Assembly (NCBI GenBank): GCA_963729895.1
Contig: CAVSQB010000011.1
Span: 1-64,000 of the forward strand
Direction: 5' to 3'
DNA length: 64,000 nt
Origin: an uncultured Fibrobacterota bacterium
GTDB lineage: Bacteria > Fibrobacterota > Chitinivibrionia > Chitinivibrionales > FEN-1185
A program made the position numbers and the translations under genes. Under the pieces are notes generated by a model. That model was not told the origin of the DNA. It worked only from the letters and a program-made list of their open reading frames with translations, and did no database searches. Shown here piece by piece: positions 8,903 through 19,874 of this stretch (positions within the stretch are counted from its first letter, which is position 1; each line of letters begins with the position of its first letter).

Positions 8903-10126
8903 TCACGCAAACCGGGGCGTGCGGTAGTACTGCCTCTTTCGTTGCAATTGCGGCGCCATTCTCGGGGAAGTTTCGGCTTCGACACGGCCTGGAACCGCAA
9001 AGCCCGGATACCGTTTGAGCTCGAACCTCTTTCCGGTGAGGTATTCAATCTTTTTAAGATAACTTTGTTCCTCGCCGGAAACAAAAGTAAGCGCGGTTCC
9101 CTTTGCTTCCGCGCGTCCGGTCCTGCCGATACGGTGAATGTAGTCCTCGGGAAATGCGGGCGTATCATAATTGACAACATGCGATATTCCGTCAACGTCG
9201 ATGCCGCGCGCCGCGAGGTCGGTGGCTACCAGCACCTTGAACTGCCGTTGTTTGAACCCGTCGAGCGCGCGCTTGCGCTGGCTCTGCGACCGGTTCGAAT
9301 GGATTGTTGCAGAGCTTATGCCGCTACGTTCGAGACGCCTTGCTATTTTGTCCGCTCCGTGCTTTGTGCGGGAGAACACGAGCATCGGCCCGATAATCTC
9401 GTTTGTAAGGATATGGATAAGGAGGTCGAGTTTTGTCGGCTGCGGAACCGAATAGAACAACTGGTCCACCGTTTCAACAGGCGTACAAGGGTTGCCGACT
9501 TCGATGTATTCGGGGTTTTTGAGGATTTCCGCCACAAGGCGCCTGATGTCCCTGGACATGGTCGCCGAAAAGAGCAGGGTCTGTCTCTGCCGCGGCACCT
9601 TGGCGATAATGGTGCGAACCGCCTGAATAAATCCCATGTCATACATTCTGTCCGCTTCGTCGAGGACCAGGATTTCGATCCGGGTGAGATCGATGCTGCG
9701 GCGTTCGCAATGGTCAAGCAGCCGGCCGGGCGTTGCGACAACGATGTCGGCTCCCTGGCGAAGCCCGCGGAATTGCCGTTCGATATCAACGCCGCCGTAA
9801 ATGGAAACCGGACGAGAGCCGGAAAATTTTCCGTAGGTGCGTATGGAATCCTCGATCTGCTGGCATAGTTCGCGCGTGGGCGTGAGAATGAGCGCCCGTG
9901 GATAATGTGCGCGGCCGCCGATGGCGCAGGACGCATCGAGCCTCTGCAGGATGGGCAGCACAAACGCGGCTGTCTTGCCCGTGCCCGTGGGCGCGCAGCC
10001 GATGATGTCCTTGCCCGCAAGGACGAGCGGAATTGCCTTCTTCTGGATTTCCGTGGGGGAAGTGTACCCGGTAGCAGAAACACTTTGCAGGATCGCATCG
10101 GACAAGCCGATAGTTGAAAAACTCAT
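8903..10126 (-). CDS. rhlE: DEAD-box RNA helicase (RhlE-like)
   Basis: Q motif, APTGTGKT, PTREL, TPGRL, DEAD, SAT, ARGID and HRIGRTGRA motifs. Confidence 0.9.
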   Translation of the reverse strand: MSFSTIGLSDAILQSVSATGYTSPTEIQKKAIPLVLAGKDIIGCAPTGTGKTAAFVLPILQRLDASCAIGGRAHYPRALILTPTRELCQQIEDSIRTYGKFSGSRPVSIYGGVDIERQFRGLRQGADIVVATPGRLLDHCERRSIDLTRIEILVLDEADRMYDMGFIQAVRTIIAKVPRQRQTLLFSATMSRDIRRLVAEILKNPEYIEVGNPCTPVETVDQLFYSVPQPTKLDLLIHILTNEIIGPMLVFSRTKHGADKIARRLERSGISSATIHSNRSQSQRKRALDGFKQRQFKVLVATDLAARGIDVDGISHVVNYDTPAFPEDYIHRIGRTGRAEAKGTALTFVSGEEQSYLKKIEYLTGKRFELKRYPGFAVPGRVEAETSPRMAPQLQRKRQYYRTPRFA

Positions 10127-10588
10127 AACCTTCCTTTGTGAAGATATGGTGTGGTGACGCGCTATTTCTGATGGAGACGAGCAAGAGGTAGAAAAGAGAG
10201 ACGAAGTCTCGAGAGAACCTTGTGCCGGAAATCATCGGAGTGCGGGTCTGTTGACCGTTCCCTGTTGTTAATACAGGGTGAACGGGTTCTGCATTCGCAG
10301 ACAAGTAATATAATCAATGCCTGCACCTTGTTGTGGAAAAAGATTTCTTTTTGTAAAATGAGGCAAATGCGGGAACCGGACGGATGCAGAACACGGATTC
10401 CACGATCTGGTTCCGGTTGCCGGGCTGCTTTTCCGCCTGCCATTTGCGGTATCTTTTTTTGCGGCACTATTTGAGAATATGATCTATTTTATTGCACGGC
10501 GGCAAAATCATTCCAGGGGCTATGCAAATCGGGTGTGGGTCTCTGCAGGGCCTTGTTCCCGGCGAGTAACCGAATGAGAATTTGACTC

Positions 10589-11635
10589 ATGAAATTGCTG
10601 TATGTTATCCTCTACGGGGCGCGGAGGGCCGCAGTTCTTTTGTTTGTCTTCAACGCATCCGCCCTGGCCGGACTTGCCCAAGATTCCTCAACCGCCGCTT
10701 CCCCAACAACCGCCGCTTCCCCAACCGCTGCTCCTTCAAGCGGCGCTTCCCCGGCTGGCTCTCCCTCGGCTGTTGCGCCGCCTGATTCGCTCATGCCGCA
10801 AAAGCAGGCTGTTGTCCCGGCGGAGGCCCCTTTGTCACCTTCCTTGTTCGACACCATTGCCGGACCTCTTCCCGAAGTTGTGAAAGCGGGCAAGAGACCC
10901 TATCTCGTGGTTGGAGACATCGAAGTGGCGGCCAATAAGGCGGTCACTATCGGGCCCGGCGTGGTTTTTCTATTCAAGAACTTCACGGGCATGCATGTCT
11001 CGGGAAAGCTTACCGTGGAAGGGACCAGGGAATCACCGGTAATTTTCACTTCCGAAAACGACCGCTCCGTCAATCACGCCACCGCTTTGTATCCGAACCC
11101 GTACGACTGGAACGGCATCTACATTCACGCCGATGCAATTGGCAGCAGCATGGCGTTCTGCAAGGTGATGTACTCCGTATACGGCATCGTTTCCGAAACG
11201 AAATTCATCAAGCTGGATCCGGTGATCCTCACGTTCAACGGCAAAACCAATCTCGTCATCGAAGGAAAAGAACAACCGGTGACCGGCAAACCGTACCGAT
11301 ACGTTTTGTCAACAAAGGACGTTGTTGCAGAAGGGGTTCCGGTAAAAATCCTCACCGATCCTCTGGCCAAGAGGCGTGCGGCGCTGCGGTACAGCGGCAT
11401 CGTGGTCGGAATGGCGGCAACCGTCGCCGCAGTGTACTACGGGTTGCAATGGAACAAAGACCAGGCCAGTCTCAGCAGTATGAGCACAAACGATCTCCTG
11501 GCCCTTCGTTCTTACGACGAAAGAGACTGGTTTTCAGTGAGGTCGCGGCGCAACAACGATATCTATTACACGGCAATCGGGGGAGCGCTCGGCCTCATCG
11601 GCTATGTGGGGTTCGGGTTGAGTTTTACGTTCTAG
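10589..11635 (+). CDS. Secreted/membrane protein with a short beta-helix-like region and two C-terminal TM helices
   Basis: Signal-like N-terminus, Ser/Ala/Pro linker, GKLTVEGTRESPVIFTS..WNGIYI motif, two hydrophobic C-terminal segments. Confidence 0.6.
   Translation: MKLLYVILYGARRAAVLLFVFNASALAGLAQDSSTAASPTTAASPTAAPSSGASPAGSPSAVAPPDSLMPQKQAVVPAEAPLSPSLFDTIAGPLPEVVKAGKRPYLVVGDIEVAANKAVTIGPGVVFLFKNFTGMHVSGKLTVEGTRESPVIFTSENDRSVNHATALYPNPYDWNGIYIHADAIGSSMAFCKVMYSVYGIVSETKFIKLDPVILTFNGKTNLVIEGKEQPVTGKPYRYVLSTKDVVAEGVPVKILTDPLAKRRAALRYSGIVVGMAATVAAVYYGLQWNKDQASLSSMSTNDLLALRSYDERDWFSVRSRRNNDIYYTAIGGALGLIGYVGFGLSFTF
10689..10724 (+). repeat. In-frame 18-bp tandem duplication in a linker
   Basis: CAACCGCCGCTTCCCCAA x2, encoding TAASPT repeats. 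Confidence 0.85.
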
Positions 11636-11672
11636 CGGTTTGCATAAGGGACTGGGTACAAAGGACCATTGC

Positions 11673-13346
11673 ATGCACTCAAATCGTTTCCGCGTTTTGT
11701 GCCTGGTGTTGTTTGCGGGCTTTCTTCTGCAATGCGCAAAAGACTACAATCCGTTTGAGAACTATTCCAATGCGAACGCTCTCGTGCTGCCCAGCGCCAG
11801 TTCCAAAGCTATCAGCGATAGTAGTACGCTCACCATTTTCACAACAGAGACCCTGGCCGTCTACACATCGGTGAGGGAGAAGATCGATTCGTTCCGGGTT
11901 GCGGCAACGGGCAACATGTATTTCGGCGATACGGTTATCGGGCCGCCGTTCACTAAAGGCAATTACCTGTTCCAGCTTTCGTATGCAGACACCGGGCGGG
12001 TTTCCGTCAACGTGACGACCTACAGGTCCAACCGCGATTCCTCATCGCTTGTGACGCCTCTGTCGTGGTATGTCCGGTCGCCGCTGTGGCAGGACAGTAT
12101 CCACAAGATTCTTGGATCGCCGTGCACTTTGTCAACTGCTCCGGTCGGAGACGACGATGTGCTCTACGTTTGGGCGCTCGGCAAAGATACGGTCGTCGGC
12201 ATCACCTCAAACACGTATCCCGATCCTTACCCGTTGCTGCGTCACATTCAGGTAGGCAAGACCGACACCGGGTATCTCTGGGTCACCGATTTGCATGAGG
12301 AATTTCGTTCGCCGGCCGTCATGTTTACTTATCTCTTTTATCAACCTTCTCCTCCAAAGATCAAGTGCACAAACAAGGAGGTTCACGGCGATACGGTTAT
12401 CACCGGGGATGATACTCTCACCTTTACTTTCCAGGTCATTGATTCGTCGGGTCAGGGGCTCGATAGTGTCAATGTGTCGGGAACACGCCCGCAGACCTCG
12501 GACAGCGTTACGTTCTATACAACCTTTGTCGGAATGAATCAGTATTCCATTCAGAATCCAAAAGTTGCAACAATCACGGCAACCAACAAGATCGGCCAGA
12601 CGACGGATTCCACATTTTACCTTTGCTACGAGGCGACGGGGCCGCATGGCGACCTTGTTGTGTTCACGCTGGTTAATCCTCCGGGCCCCACCCTCACCAC
12701 GAGGCTGGATACGCTGCTCTACACCGTCGATGTAGTCAACTACAGCCAGAACGCGGTGTCGGTGAGCACTGTGGTTCACGGGGCAGGCGGGAAACAAACC
12801 AGCCTTACTCCCATATACAGTTTTTCAGATTCTGTCCACAAATGCACGTGGCTGGTTCCGCTTGCGTTAGGGTCCGACACCATTCAAACCGAGGCGGCCA
12901 TACCCGAAAGGGACTATTCCGCGGAAACAACGCTCGTGATTCAACGCAGTTTACTCGCGCCTGATACCACACCCCCCGAAATAGTTGCGATCACGGTCAA
13001 CGGCGAAACATATCCCCTGAGCCAGGACCCGACCACGGCATTTGTGGTCGACTCGCCAAGTGCAATAGTTGCGGTTTACGCCATAGACAACGAAAGCGGC
13101 ATCGCATCGGTAACCATGAGCGAGGTGGCTAGCGTCGGCAGCACCGCGGGCATTGGAACGGCCATAACCATGACAAGCGTGACATCTGAGAATTACGAAT
13201 GGGTAAGCAGCCCTGTGGCGTTCGGTGCCAAGCTCACGGTAGTTCTGATGATAACGGTGAAGAACAAGACGCTCGCGGCAACCAACACGACCACGAGATA
13301 CATCAAGTTGACAAAGCGGGTGGGTGTAATCGTACCGCTCCAGTGA
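11673..13346 (+). CDS. Putative lipoprotein with tandem Ig-like beta-sandwich domains
   Basis: Lipobox-like FLLQC-AKDYNPF; Thr/Ser/Val-rich beta character; PDTTPPEI motif. Confidence 0.6.
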   Translation: MHSNRFRVLCLVLFAGFLLQCAKDYNPFENYSNANALVLPSASSKAISDSSTLTIFTTETLAVYTSVREKIDSFRVAATGNMYFGDTVIGPPFTKGNYLFQLSYADTGRVSVNVTTYRSNRDSSSLVTPLSWYVRSPLWQDSIHKILGSPCTLSTAPVGDDDVLYVWALGKDTVVGITSNTYPDPYPLLRHIQVGKTDTGYLWVTDLHEEFRSPAVMFTYLFYQPSPPKIKCTNKEVHGDTVITGDDTLTFTFQVIDSSGQGLDSVNVSGTRPQTSDSVTFYTTFVGMNQYSIQNPKVATITATNKIGQTTDSTFYLCYEATGPHGDLVVFTLVNPPGPTLTTRLDTLLYTVDVVNYSQNAVSVSTVVHGAGGKQTSLTPIYSFSDSVHKCTWLVPLALGSDTIQTEAAIPERDYSAETTLVIQRSLLAPDTTPPEIVAITVNGETYPLSQDPTTAFVVDSPSAIVAVYAIDNESGIASVTMSEVASVGSTAGIGTAITMTSVTSENYEWVSSPVAFGAKLTVVLMITVKNKTLAATNTTTRYIKLTKRVGVIVPLQ

Positions 13347-13414
13347 CTTGCGCGTTTCGAACCACGAACGGACCAAGGAAGCCGCTTGTTCAACAACCTG
13401 TCCGGCTGTTGCGG

Positions 13415-14071
13415 TTATTGTTCGAGTTTCGACCTGTCCGTTCCGAACATTCCCATCGTGTAGGTCCACCGGTCCATTTTCGGCAGGCGTCTGAAGGTAC
13501 GGGCCGGGGCAAGGGTGAAATGTCTTGTATTGTCAAGAGCCGTGCCGACGCCGCTGATCGCCTCGTCGTCGATCATCCATTGCGTGCCGTCAAGCCGCTT
13601 CAGGTCAAGCGGAAGGGAAAACCCCCGCAGCGTTCTCTTCCCCTTCAGGTTGTAATAAAACTCGAAGTACGACATCACCAGCTCGCGCAGCGTCCGGTAT
13701 ACGGGCTGCCGTGAACGCAGCCCGGGGAAAATAGATTTTGCAACCGCGCCCCAGCACCCCTCCTGTTTGTATACCGCAAGGATGTGGTAGTCGTCGTTCT
13801 CGGATGTCATCTCCACGATAAGCGACGGACGCCCGAGGCGGCGGAACACCACCGCAGCGAAGAGCGCGCCTTCGAAACAGCAGCCCACGTGCTTTGTGAT
13901 GACCGAGAGCGGACAGTGGTAGTTGTCGTCGTCGCAATAGCGCACGCTGTCCAGATACCCCTGGATTCTTTGGGGAGTGGTAAGAGTTTTAAACAGCCGT
14001 GCCTGGCGGCTTGTCAACGCTTCCAAAAATGTCCCCATCGGATTCATGAGTTGCTCCACGATAAAAAACAT
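13415..14071 (-). CDS. Conserved hypothetical protein, transglutaminase-like cysteine protease fold (start uncertain)
   Basis: CFEGALFAA, DDYHILAVY, WGAVAKS and RQPVYRTLRELVMSYF motifs. Confidence 0.6.
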   Translation of the reverse strand: MFFIVEQLMNPMGTFLEALTSRQARLFKTLTTPQRIQGYLDSVRYCDDDNYHCPLSVITKHVGCCFEGALFAAVVFRRLGRPSLIVEMTSENDDYHILAVYKQEGCWGAVAKSIFPGLRSRQPVYRTLRELVMSYFEFYYNLKGKRTLRGFSLPLDLKRLDGTQWMIDDEAISGVGTALDNTRHFTLAPARTFRRLPKMDRWTYTMGMFGTDRSKLEQ

Positions 14072-14113
14072 AATCGACGGGCATTGTCGCGCGTTGCAGC
14101 CATGAGGCCCTTG

Positions 14114-16168
14114 TTACCGGACAAGAAACGATTGAAGAAAAAGCGCCTGGCTGCATTCCTGATAATCCTGGTTCGACTTCTTTCGAAAGCCGTGGCCTTC
14201 GTCTCCTGCAACGAGCATCCACACCGTGCCGCCGTTTGTTCTCACCGCCTGGGCGATCTGGCCCGACTCCTCGAGCGGCACCCGCGGATCATTCGCGCCC
14301 TGGATGATGAGAAGCGGCGCGGCGATAGCTGACGCGTTTGTCAAAGGCGAGATGCGGGCCAGGAAGTTCCGCATCCGCGGATCCCGCTCGTCCCCGTATT
14401 CGACGCGCCTGAGATCCCGGCGGTACGCGGCGGTATGTTCGAGAAAGGTGACAAAGTTGCTGATGCCGTACAGATCGATCCCGGCGCGAATGCGGCCGGC
14501 GTACCGGATCATGGAGGCAAGGGCCATATAACCGCCGTAGGATCCGCCGAACACGCCGATGCGCGATTGGTCGAGATCAGGCTGCATGCCGATCCAGTCG
14601 AGTAAGGCGCCGATGTCCTTCACCGCATTCTCGCGTTTGTATCCATCGTCCAGAGACAGGTACGTTTTCCCGTACCCGCCCGAGCCGCGGACGTTGGGGG
14701 CGAGCACACAGAGGCCGAGTTCGTTGACGTCGAATTGAACCGAAGGGCTGAAGTACGGCCAGAACTGGCTCTCGGGCCCGCCGTGGATGTTGATGAGGAC
14801 CGGCAGCGGCCGGCGGGGCTTGTTGGGTTTGTAAACAAAGCAGGGAATGGTGCGCGGTTTTCCCCCCACGCTGTCGAACGTCGGATAGGCGATAAGCGAC
14901 GGTGAAACCAGGCCCGCGGAATCCAGCGCGCCGAGCGTGCTGCGGGTCCACCTGACAAGAGAAAAATCCGCGAGCCGCACGGCCCAGGCGTCCTCGGGCT
15001 GCCGCGAGGTGGTGATTGTCATGCCGAGCCACCTCGCTGAGCGATCGAATCGCAGCCCGTGAATGCCGCCCAAAGGCAGGTTGGGGATATCTCGGTATCG
15101 GAATGTGGCGGTGTTCATGATATACAAATGCGCATACCCGTTCTCGTTGGTCTGGAACGCGAGCAGGGTGCGGTCCCTGCACAGCGACAATTCGCGCACG
15201 TCCCAGGGAATGCCGGCGGTGAGAACGGTTTCCCGTTTTGTCGCGCAATCGTAGTACCGGAGGCTGCGGAAATCGGTGCCCTTGTCCGAGGTGAGGAAGA
15301 TGCCCGCGCCTCGCGGTCCCCAGGCGCCCAATTCCTGCGAAACCGTGTCGGCAGTGTCGCTCAGGGGCTCGCAGCGGCCGGACCTCGGGTCCAGGATGTG
15401 GAGGTACGAAGCGGTCCGGGAGAGGTAGTGCGATACCAGCAGAAGGCTGTCGTCCGGCGACCAGTCGAGGGCCGACCACGATCCCGTGCGGGTGACAACG
15501 GATCTGGCCTCTGCGGGACTGCAAGCATCGCTTATGTAAACGTCGAAATCCCTGCCGTTTCGTTTGTTGCTCTGGAACGCAAAGCGCCCGCCTGCGTTTG
15601 ACCAGAGCATGCCGTCGTTCTGCGATGTTCCATCGGTCAATCGAACCGGGCTTGGCGAATCAACGTACATGGCGTAAATCTGGAAGTTCTCGTTCCCGCC
15701 GCTGTCCCGGGTAAAGAGCATCATGCGCTTGTCCGCGGCAGGACACACGTGAACGCTTGTCACCGGTTCCTTGGAGAAGGTGAGTTGCCGGGGCGCTGCA
15801 CCGGGCGCGGCAATAAAATGTATCTGATTGATCTCCCTGACACGGGATACCACCACCATGCCGATGCCGCCCGGACCCCAATCCTGGAGCGCGGCAAAAT
15901 TCCAGTTTTGATACCTGGCCAGCGATTGACGCACGGAATTTGGGATGGGCGGAATGCCCGAGACGGTGACCGAAGACGGCGGCAGGGCACGATTGTTGCA
16001 GGAGATCATAATGAGGGTGTTCGTGAAAACGAGGAATGCCGCTACGGCGACGTTTAAGGGAAAAGCGCTTGAATGGGTGGAATCTTCCTTGTCGTTTTCC
16101 GAGAGGCTAAAGTGGTTCATACTCAATAAAATAAGCGCATGGCAAAGGCGTAAGGGTAATAAAGGCAT
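14114..16168 (-). CDS. S9 family (prolyl oligopeptidase-like) peptidase; true start probably downstream of 16168
   Basis: Beta-propeller region, IHGGPESQ, GGSYGG nucleophile, GANDPRVP, DEGHGF. Confidence 0.9.
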   Translation of the reverse strand: MPLLPLRLCHALILLSMNHFSLSENDKEDSTHSSAFPLNVAVAAFLVFTNTLIMISCNNRALPPSSVTVSGIPPIPNSVRQSLARYQNWNFAALQDWGPGGIGMVVVSRVREINQIHFIAAPGAAPRQLTFSKEPVTSVHVCPAADKRMMLFTRDSGGNENFQIYAMYVDSPSPVRLTDGTSQNDGMLWSNAGGRFAFQSNKRNGRDFDVYISDACSPAEARSVVTRTGSWSALDWSPDDSLLLVSHYLSRTASYLHILDPRSGRCEPLSDTADTVSQELGAWGPRGAGIFLTSDKGTDFRSLRYYDCATKRETVLTAGIPWDVRELSLCRDRTLLAFQTNENGYAHLYIMNTATFRYRDIPNLPLGGIHGLRFDRSARWLGMTITTSRQPEDAWAVRLADFSLVRWTRSTLGALDSAGLVSPSLIAYPTFDSVGGKPRTIPCFVYKPNKPRRPLPVLINIHGGPESQFWPYFSPSVQFDVNELGLCVLAPNVRGSGGYGKTYLSLDDGYKRENAVKDIGALLDWIGMQPDLDQSRIGVFGGSYGGYMALASMIRYAGRIRAGIDLYGISNFVTFLEHTAAYRRDLRRVEYGDERDPRMRNFLARISPLTNASAIAAPLLIIQGANDPRVPLEESGQIAQAVRTNGGTVWMLVAGDEGHGFRKKSNQDYQECSQALFLQSFLVR

Positions 16169-16318
16169 TCGGTGCGAATCCTTCTAGGGCCGGTCCCGGA
16201 AGAAGGGACGTACATCGAGTTGAGCGAGGGAATTCGCGATTATTTATTTTGCAATTGTGGAATCAAGAAGGTGAAAACGGTCCTTTTGCACAAAACAACC
16301 GGGAACCGGGAAATCAGG

Positions 16319-17650
16319 ATGAGAATATTCCGCGTGTGTGAGGCAAATCTTTTGCGGCGCGCTTTGAAATGCGCGGCGGCAACGGCGTTCGCGGTGCTAG
16401 TGCTTGCGGCCCCCTGCTTCACCGCCGAAACCGCGGGCCTCATCAAGATCAGCGGTGCAATCGGTCCCATCACCGCAAGCTACATTCAGCGGGCAATGGC
16501 GCTCGCTTCGCGTCAGCACTACTGTTGCCTGATCATTCAGCTTGACACACCAGGAGGACTGCTGAGTTCCACAAAAGATATTGTACAGACCCTGCTTTCT
16601 CCAACAGTGCCCACGGTCGTGTATGTAGCTCCCGCGGGAGCTACCGCCACAAGCGCCGGCTGTTTCGTTACGCTTGCGGCCGATATTGCGGCGATGGCGC
16701 CCGGCACGAGCATCGGTGCGGCCCATCCGGTTGAAATGGGCGGGCGAGGCGCGAGCACCGACAGCGTGATGAAGCAGAAGCTCGAGAACTACGCATCGAG
16801 TTTTATCGAGTCGATCGCGCACAAGAGAAACCGCAACGTCGAATGGGCAAAATCGTCGGTGCGGCAAAGCGCCGCGATCACGGCCGAACAGGCGCTTTCC
16901 ATGAAGGTGATAGACGTCCTTGCGCCGAGCGCGGCCGAGGTGCTCAAGCAGATTGATGGGCGCGTTATAGGCGGCATGCTGCTGCACACCTCGTCCGCGC
17001 AAATCGTCCCCATACCGATGCTCGCGAGGGAAAGGATCTTCCAGCGGCTGTGGGGGCCGGAAGTCATGTATATCCTGATGCTGGTTGCCATATACGGAAT
17101 CATAGGTGAACTGAGCAATCCCGGGACCATTCTCCCGGCCGTGGCGGGCATCATCGCACTGGTACTTGCGCTGTTCATGGCATCGATTCTTCCGGTGAAC
17201 ATAACCGGCGTTGTTCTGATCGTTCTAGCCGTGTGCCTGTTTGTCGCCGACGCCTTTGCCCCAACGCACGGCGTCCTCACCGCCGGCGGCATCGTGTCGT
17301 TTGTCGTGGGCTCCATGCTGCTGTTCGACACTGCCCAGTCCGCATTCCGCCTGTCTCTCGCGCTTATCATTCCTGCCACGGCCGTGACCGCCCTGTTTTT
17401 TGTCGCGGTACTCGGCGCGGGCTTGCGGGCGCAACTCCTGCCGAAAAGGACGGGCAAGGAGGCAATGGCGGGCAAAACCGGGACGGCGCAGACTGCCGTC
17501 ACCCCGGACGGCGGCACGGTGTTCGTGGAAGGCGAGTATTGGAACGCACACAGCGACGTTGCGGTTGAACGGGGCGCGCCGGTTGAAGTCGTTGAAGTAA
17601 AGGGGTTGACCTTGACAATACGGCCTGTAACAAGGGAGAAAACGGTATGA
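16319..17650 (+). CDS. nfeD: NfeD-family membrane-bound serine protease
   Basis: [24 protein letters not shown] block, C-terminal OB domain (VEGEYWNA). Confidence 0.9.
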   Translation: MRIFRVCEANLLRRALKCAAATAFAVLVLAAPCFTAETAGLIKISGAIGPITASYIQRAMALASRQHYCCLIIQLDTPGGLLSSTKDIVQTLLSPTVPTVVYVAPAGATATSAGCFVTLAADIAAMAPGTSIGAAHPVEMGGRGASTDSVMKQKLENYASSFIESIAHKRNRNVEWAKSSVRQSAAITAEQALSMKVIDVLAPSAAEVLKQIDGRVIGGMLLHTSSAQIVPIPMLARERIFQRLWGPEVMYILMLVAIYGIIGELSNPGTILPAVAGIIALVLALFMASILPVNITGVVLIVLAVCLFVADAFAPTHGVLTAGGIVSFVVGSMLLFDTAQSAFRLSLALIIPATAVTALFFVAVLGAGLRAQLLPKRTGKEAMAGKTGTAQTAVTPDGGTVFVEGEYWNAHSDVAVERGAPVEVVEVKGLTLTIRPVTREKTV

Positions 17651-18429
17651 ACGAGATGATTGTGTTCCAGCGGCTGCTGTTCTGGGTGATTCCCATCCTC
17701 ATTCTGGCCATTATCGTGCTGCCGCAGATGGTGCGCATCCTGCGCGAGTACGAGCGCGGCGTCATCTTCCGGCTTGGAAAGCTCTTGCGGGCCAAAGGTC
17801 CGGGGCTCATCCTCCTTATTCCGCTTGTGGACCGGATGGTAAAGGTGGACCTCCGCGTGGTCACCATCGATGTTCCCAAGCAGGAGATGATGACCCGCGA
17901 CAACGTGCCCGTGAGTGTCGACGCGGTCATTTACTTCCGCGTCATGGATTCGGTTGACGCAATTATCAAGGTTGAAAATTATTTCAAGGCGACGTCGCTT
18001 ATTGCGCAGACCACCCTGCGCAGCGTCATCGGCCAGGCGGAGCTCGACGAACTCCTTGCGCAACGCGAGAAGATCAACCAGCGCCTGCAGGAGATCATCG
18101 ACAGGCACACCGAGCCGTGGGGAATAAAGGTCACGACGGTTGAGGTAAAAGACGTCATGCTGCCCGACACCATGAAGCGTGCCATGGCGGGCCAGGCCGA
18201 AAGCGAGCGGGAGCGGCGGGCAAAAATCATCAATTCCGAGGGCGAATTCCAGGCCGCGGAGAAACTCGTGCAGGCGGGCGCGATGATCGCAACACAGCCC
18301 ATGGCGCTCCAATTGCGGTATTTGCAGACCATGCGTGAGATATCCGCGGAACACAGCACCGTAGCATTTTTGCCTCTGCCAATGGAAATGTTCTCTCAAT
18401 TCTTCAAGAAGGGCGGCGAGGGGAAGTAA
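17647..18429 (+). CDS. Slipin/stomatin (SPFH) protein
   Basis: [31 protein letters not shown] and ALQLRYLQT motifs; coupled to nfeD. Confidence 0.92.
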   Translation: MNEMIVFQRLLFWVIPILILAIIVLPQMVRILREYERGVIFRLGKLLRAKGPGLILLIPLVDRMVKVDLRVVTIDVPKQEMMTRDNVPVSVDAVIYFRVMDSVDAIIKVENYFKATSLIAQTTLRSVIGQAELDELLAQREKINQRLQEIIDRHTEPWGIKVTTVEVKDVMLPDTMKRAMAGQAESERERRAKIINSEGEFQAAEKLVQAGAMIATQPMALQLRYLQTMREISAEHSTVAFLPLPMEMFSQFFKKGGEGK

Positions 18430-18581
18430 GAGATTGAGAAACGGGTACGACGTATCGTGCCGATTTACGGTCATAGTATCCCGGCTTGTTCGTATTCTTG
18501 GCAGGAAGGTGGAGTTACGCGGCGCACGAATCGCTGGTCGCGAAGCCGCCCAATGTCCTGTTTTCTAAAAAGGAGGGTTTT

Positions 18582-19070
18582 ATGGCACGCAAATCAACCA
18601 AACCGATTCCGGAAGGATTACATTCTCTCACAACGCAATTGTGGTTCGATGGAAATTGCAAAGAGGCCGTTGAATTTTACAAAAAGGCGTTTGGTGCGGA
18701 ACAGATTGGGGAACTGGATGTCATGCCTGACGGCAGGGTCATGCATGCCAATCTTCGCATCGGCGATAGCAACCTCTTCCTGGCCGATGCCATGGGCTCG
18801 GAACACTCGCGGGGTCCGGACCGCTACGTAACGGCCAGCCTCTATCTCTATGTAAACGACTGCGACGTGGTTTTCGACAAGGCAAAGAGGTTGGGGTGCG
18901 ACGTTATCATGCCCCTGGAAGATGTGTTCTGGGGTGACCGCTCCGGCGAGTTGAAGGATCCGTATGGTCACCTGTGGGCCATTGCGACGCACAAGTGGGA
19001 TATATCCCCGGAAGAAATGAAGAAGGCCCAGGAAGAATGGCTTGAAAAGCGCCACGGCGTGGCGGTGTAG
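18582..19070 (+). CDS. VOC/glyoxalase (PhnB-like) protein
   Basis: KPIPEGLHSLT, EFYKKAFGA, MHANLRIGDS, FWGDRSGELKDPYGHLW; AGGAGG RBS. Confidence 0.88.
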   Translation: MARKSTKPIPEGLHSLTTQLWFDGNCKEAVEFYKKAFGAEQIGELDVMPDGRVMHANLRIGDSNLFLADAMGSEHSRGPDRYVTASLYLYVNDCDVVFDKAKRLGCDVIMPLEDVFWGDRSGELKDPYGHLWAIATHKWDISPEEMKKAQEEWLEKRHGVAV

Positions 19071-19232
19071 CCGAAGTTCTTAAGCGAGGTACTTTGGCTC
19101 GCCGTGATGATGCGACAAAGAAGGCTTTGCCCGCGAAGGCAAAGCCTTTGATTTTTTCTCAGAATCGCATTGGACCACGCACAACGAAATCGTTTCGGCT
19201 TTTGCAAAGCCGGAAACTCTTGCCTGGGCAGA

Positions 19233-19769
19233 TCATTCCGCCCGAGATCCCCTCTTCCTGTTTCGACTCTTACCGGAATAGGTCCCGATCGTTACGAAAC
19301 CGGTCTTGGTAAGAATCGCCTGGTATTCGTCCATGATTTCCGCGAGCTTTGATTGCGGCATATCGGAGATCCGGCGTTTCTTGGGGCATTTGCCCATCGA
19401 GGCGATAACAAACCGATATTTTTTTCCCGCGATTTCCTTGTTCACTGCAACACCGGGAACATCATACGAAGTGGTGTAGCCGAACAGCCTGCATACCAAA
19501 GGGCGATGTTCGTATACCGAGCAGCCGGTCTTACCTCTAAAGACGCAGGTAGCGCCTTCCATCGGCTTGCCGACCATATGGGCCTTGGCAATCTCGAATT
19601 CCAGCGTGGAGCAGTTGATGTCGGCATTGTTGCAACACGACACGCATTTCGACACGCACGGGAAAGCTGCCAAACTGGAAGCAGACCGCCATACGCGGTC
19701 GATCTGCCCCGCAACTGCCTGCGCTTCAGGAGAAAGATGCATGCGGTCGATAACGTTTTGCAAGTCCAT
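19233..19769 (-). CDS. YkgJ-family CxxCxxCC cysteine-cluster protein
   Basis: CVSKCVSCC...CVF...CSVYEHRPLVCRLFG. Confidence 0.8.
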   Translation of the reverse strand: MDLQNVIDRMHLSPEAQAVAGQIDRVWRSASSLAAFPCVSKCVSCCNNADINCSTLEFEIAKAHMVGKPMEGATCVFRGKTGCSVYEHRPLVCRLFGYTTSYDVPGVAVNKEIAGKKYRFVIASMGKCPKKRRISDMPQSKLAEIMDEYQAILTKTGFVTIGTYSGKSRNRKRGSRAE

Positions 19770-19874
19770 GGAGTGATTACGGCCCTGAACGGGCGGGTAT
19801 TTTGAAGTTTCGTCCGCCGCTCACATTCACGGCCGGGCCGTACCCGCATCCTTTTCGGCGGCCTGAAGGCGCGG

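Noticed and set aside
8549..9868. 439-aa plus-strand ORF, and similar long shadow ORFs (16789-18474, 32787-34157, 44150-45010)
   Set aside because: Antisense to well-supported genes; expected in high-GC3 sequence; no recognisable motifs
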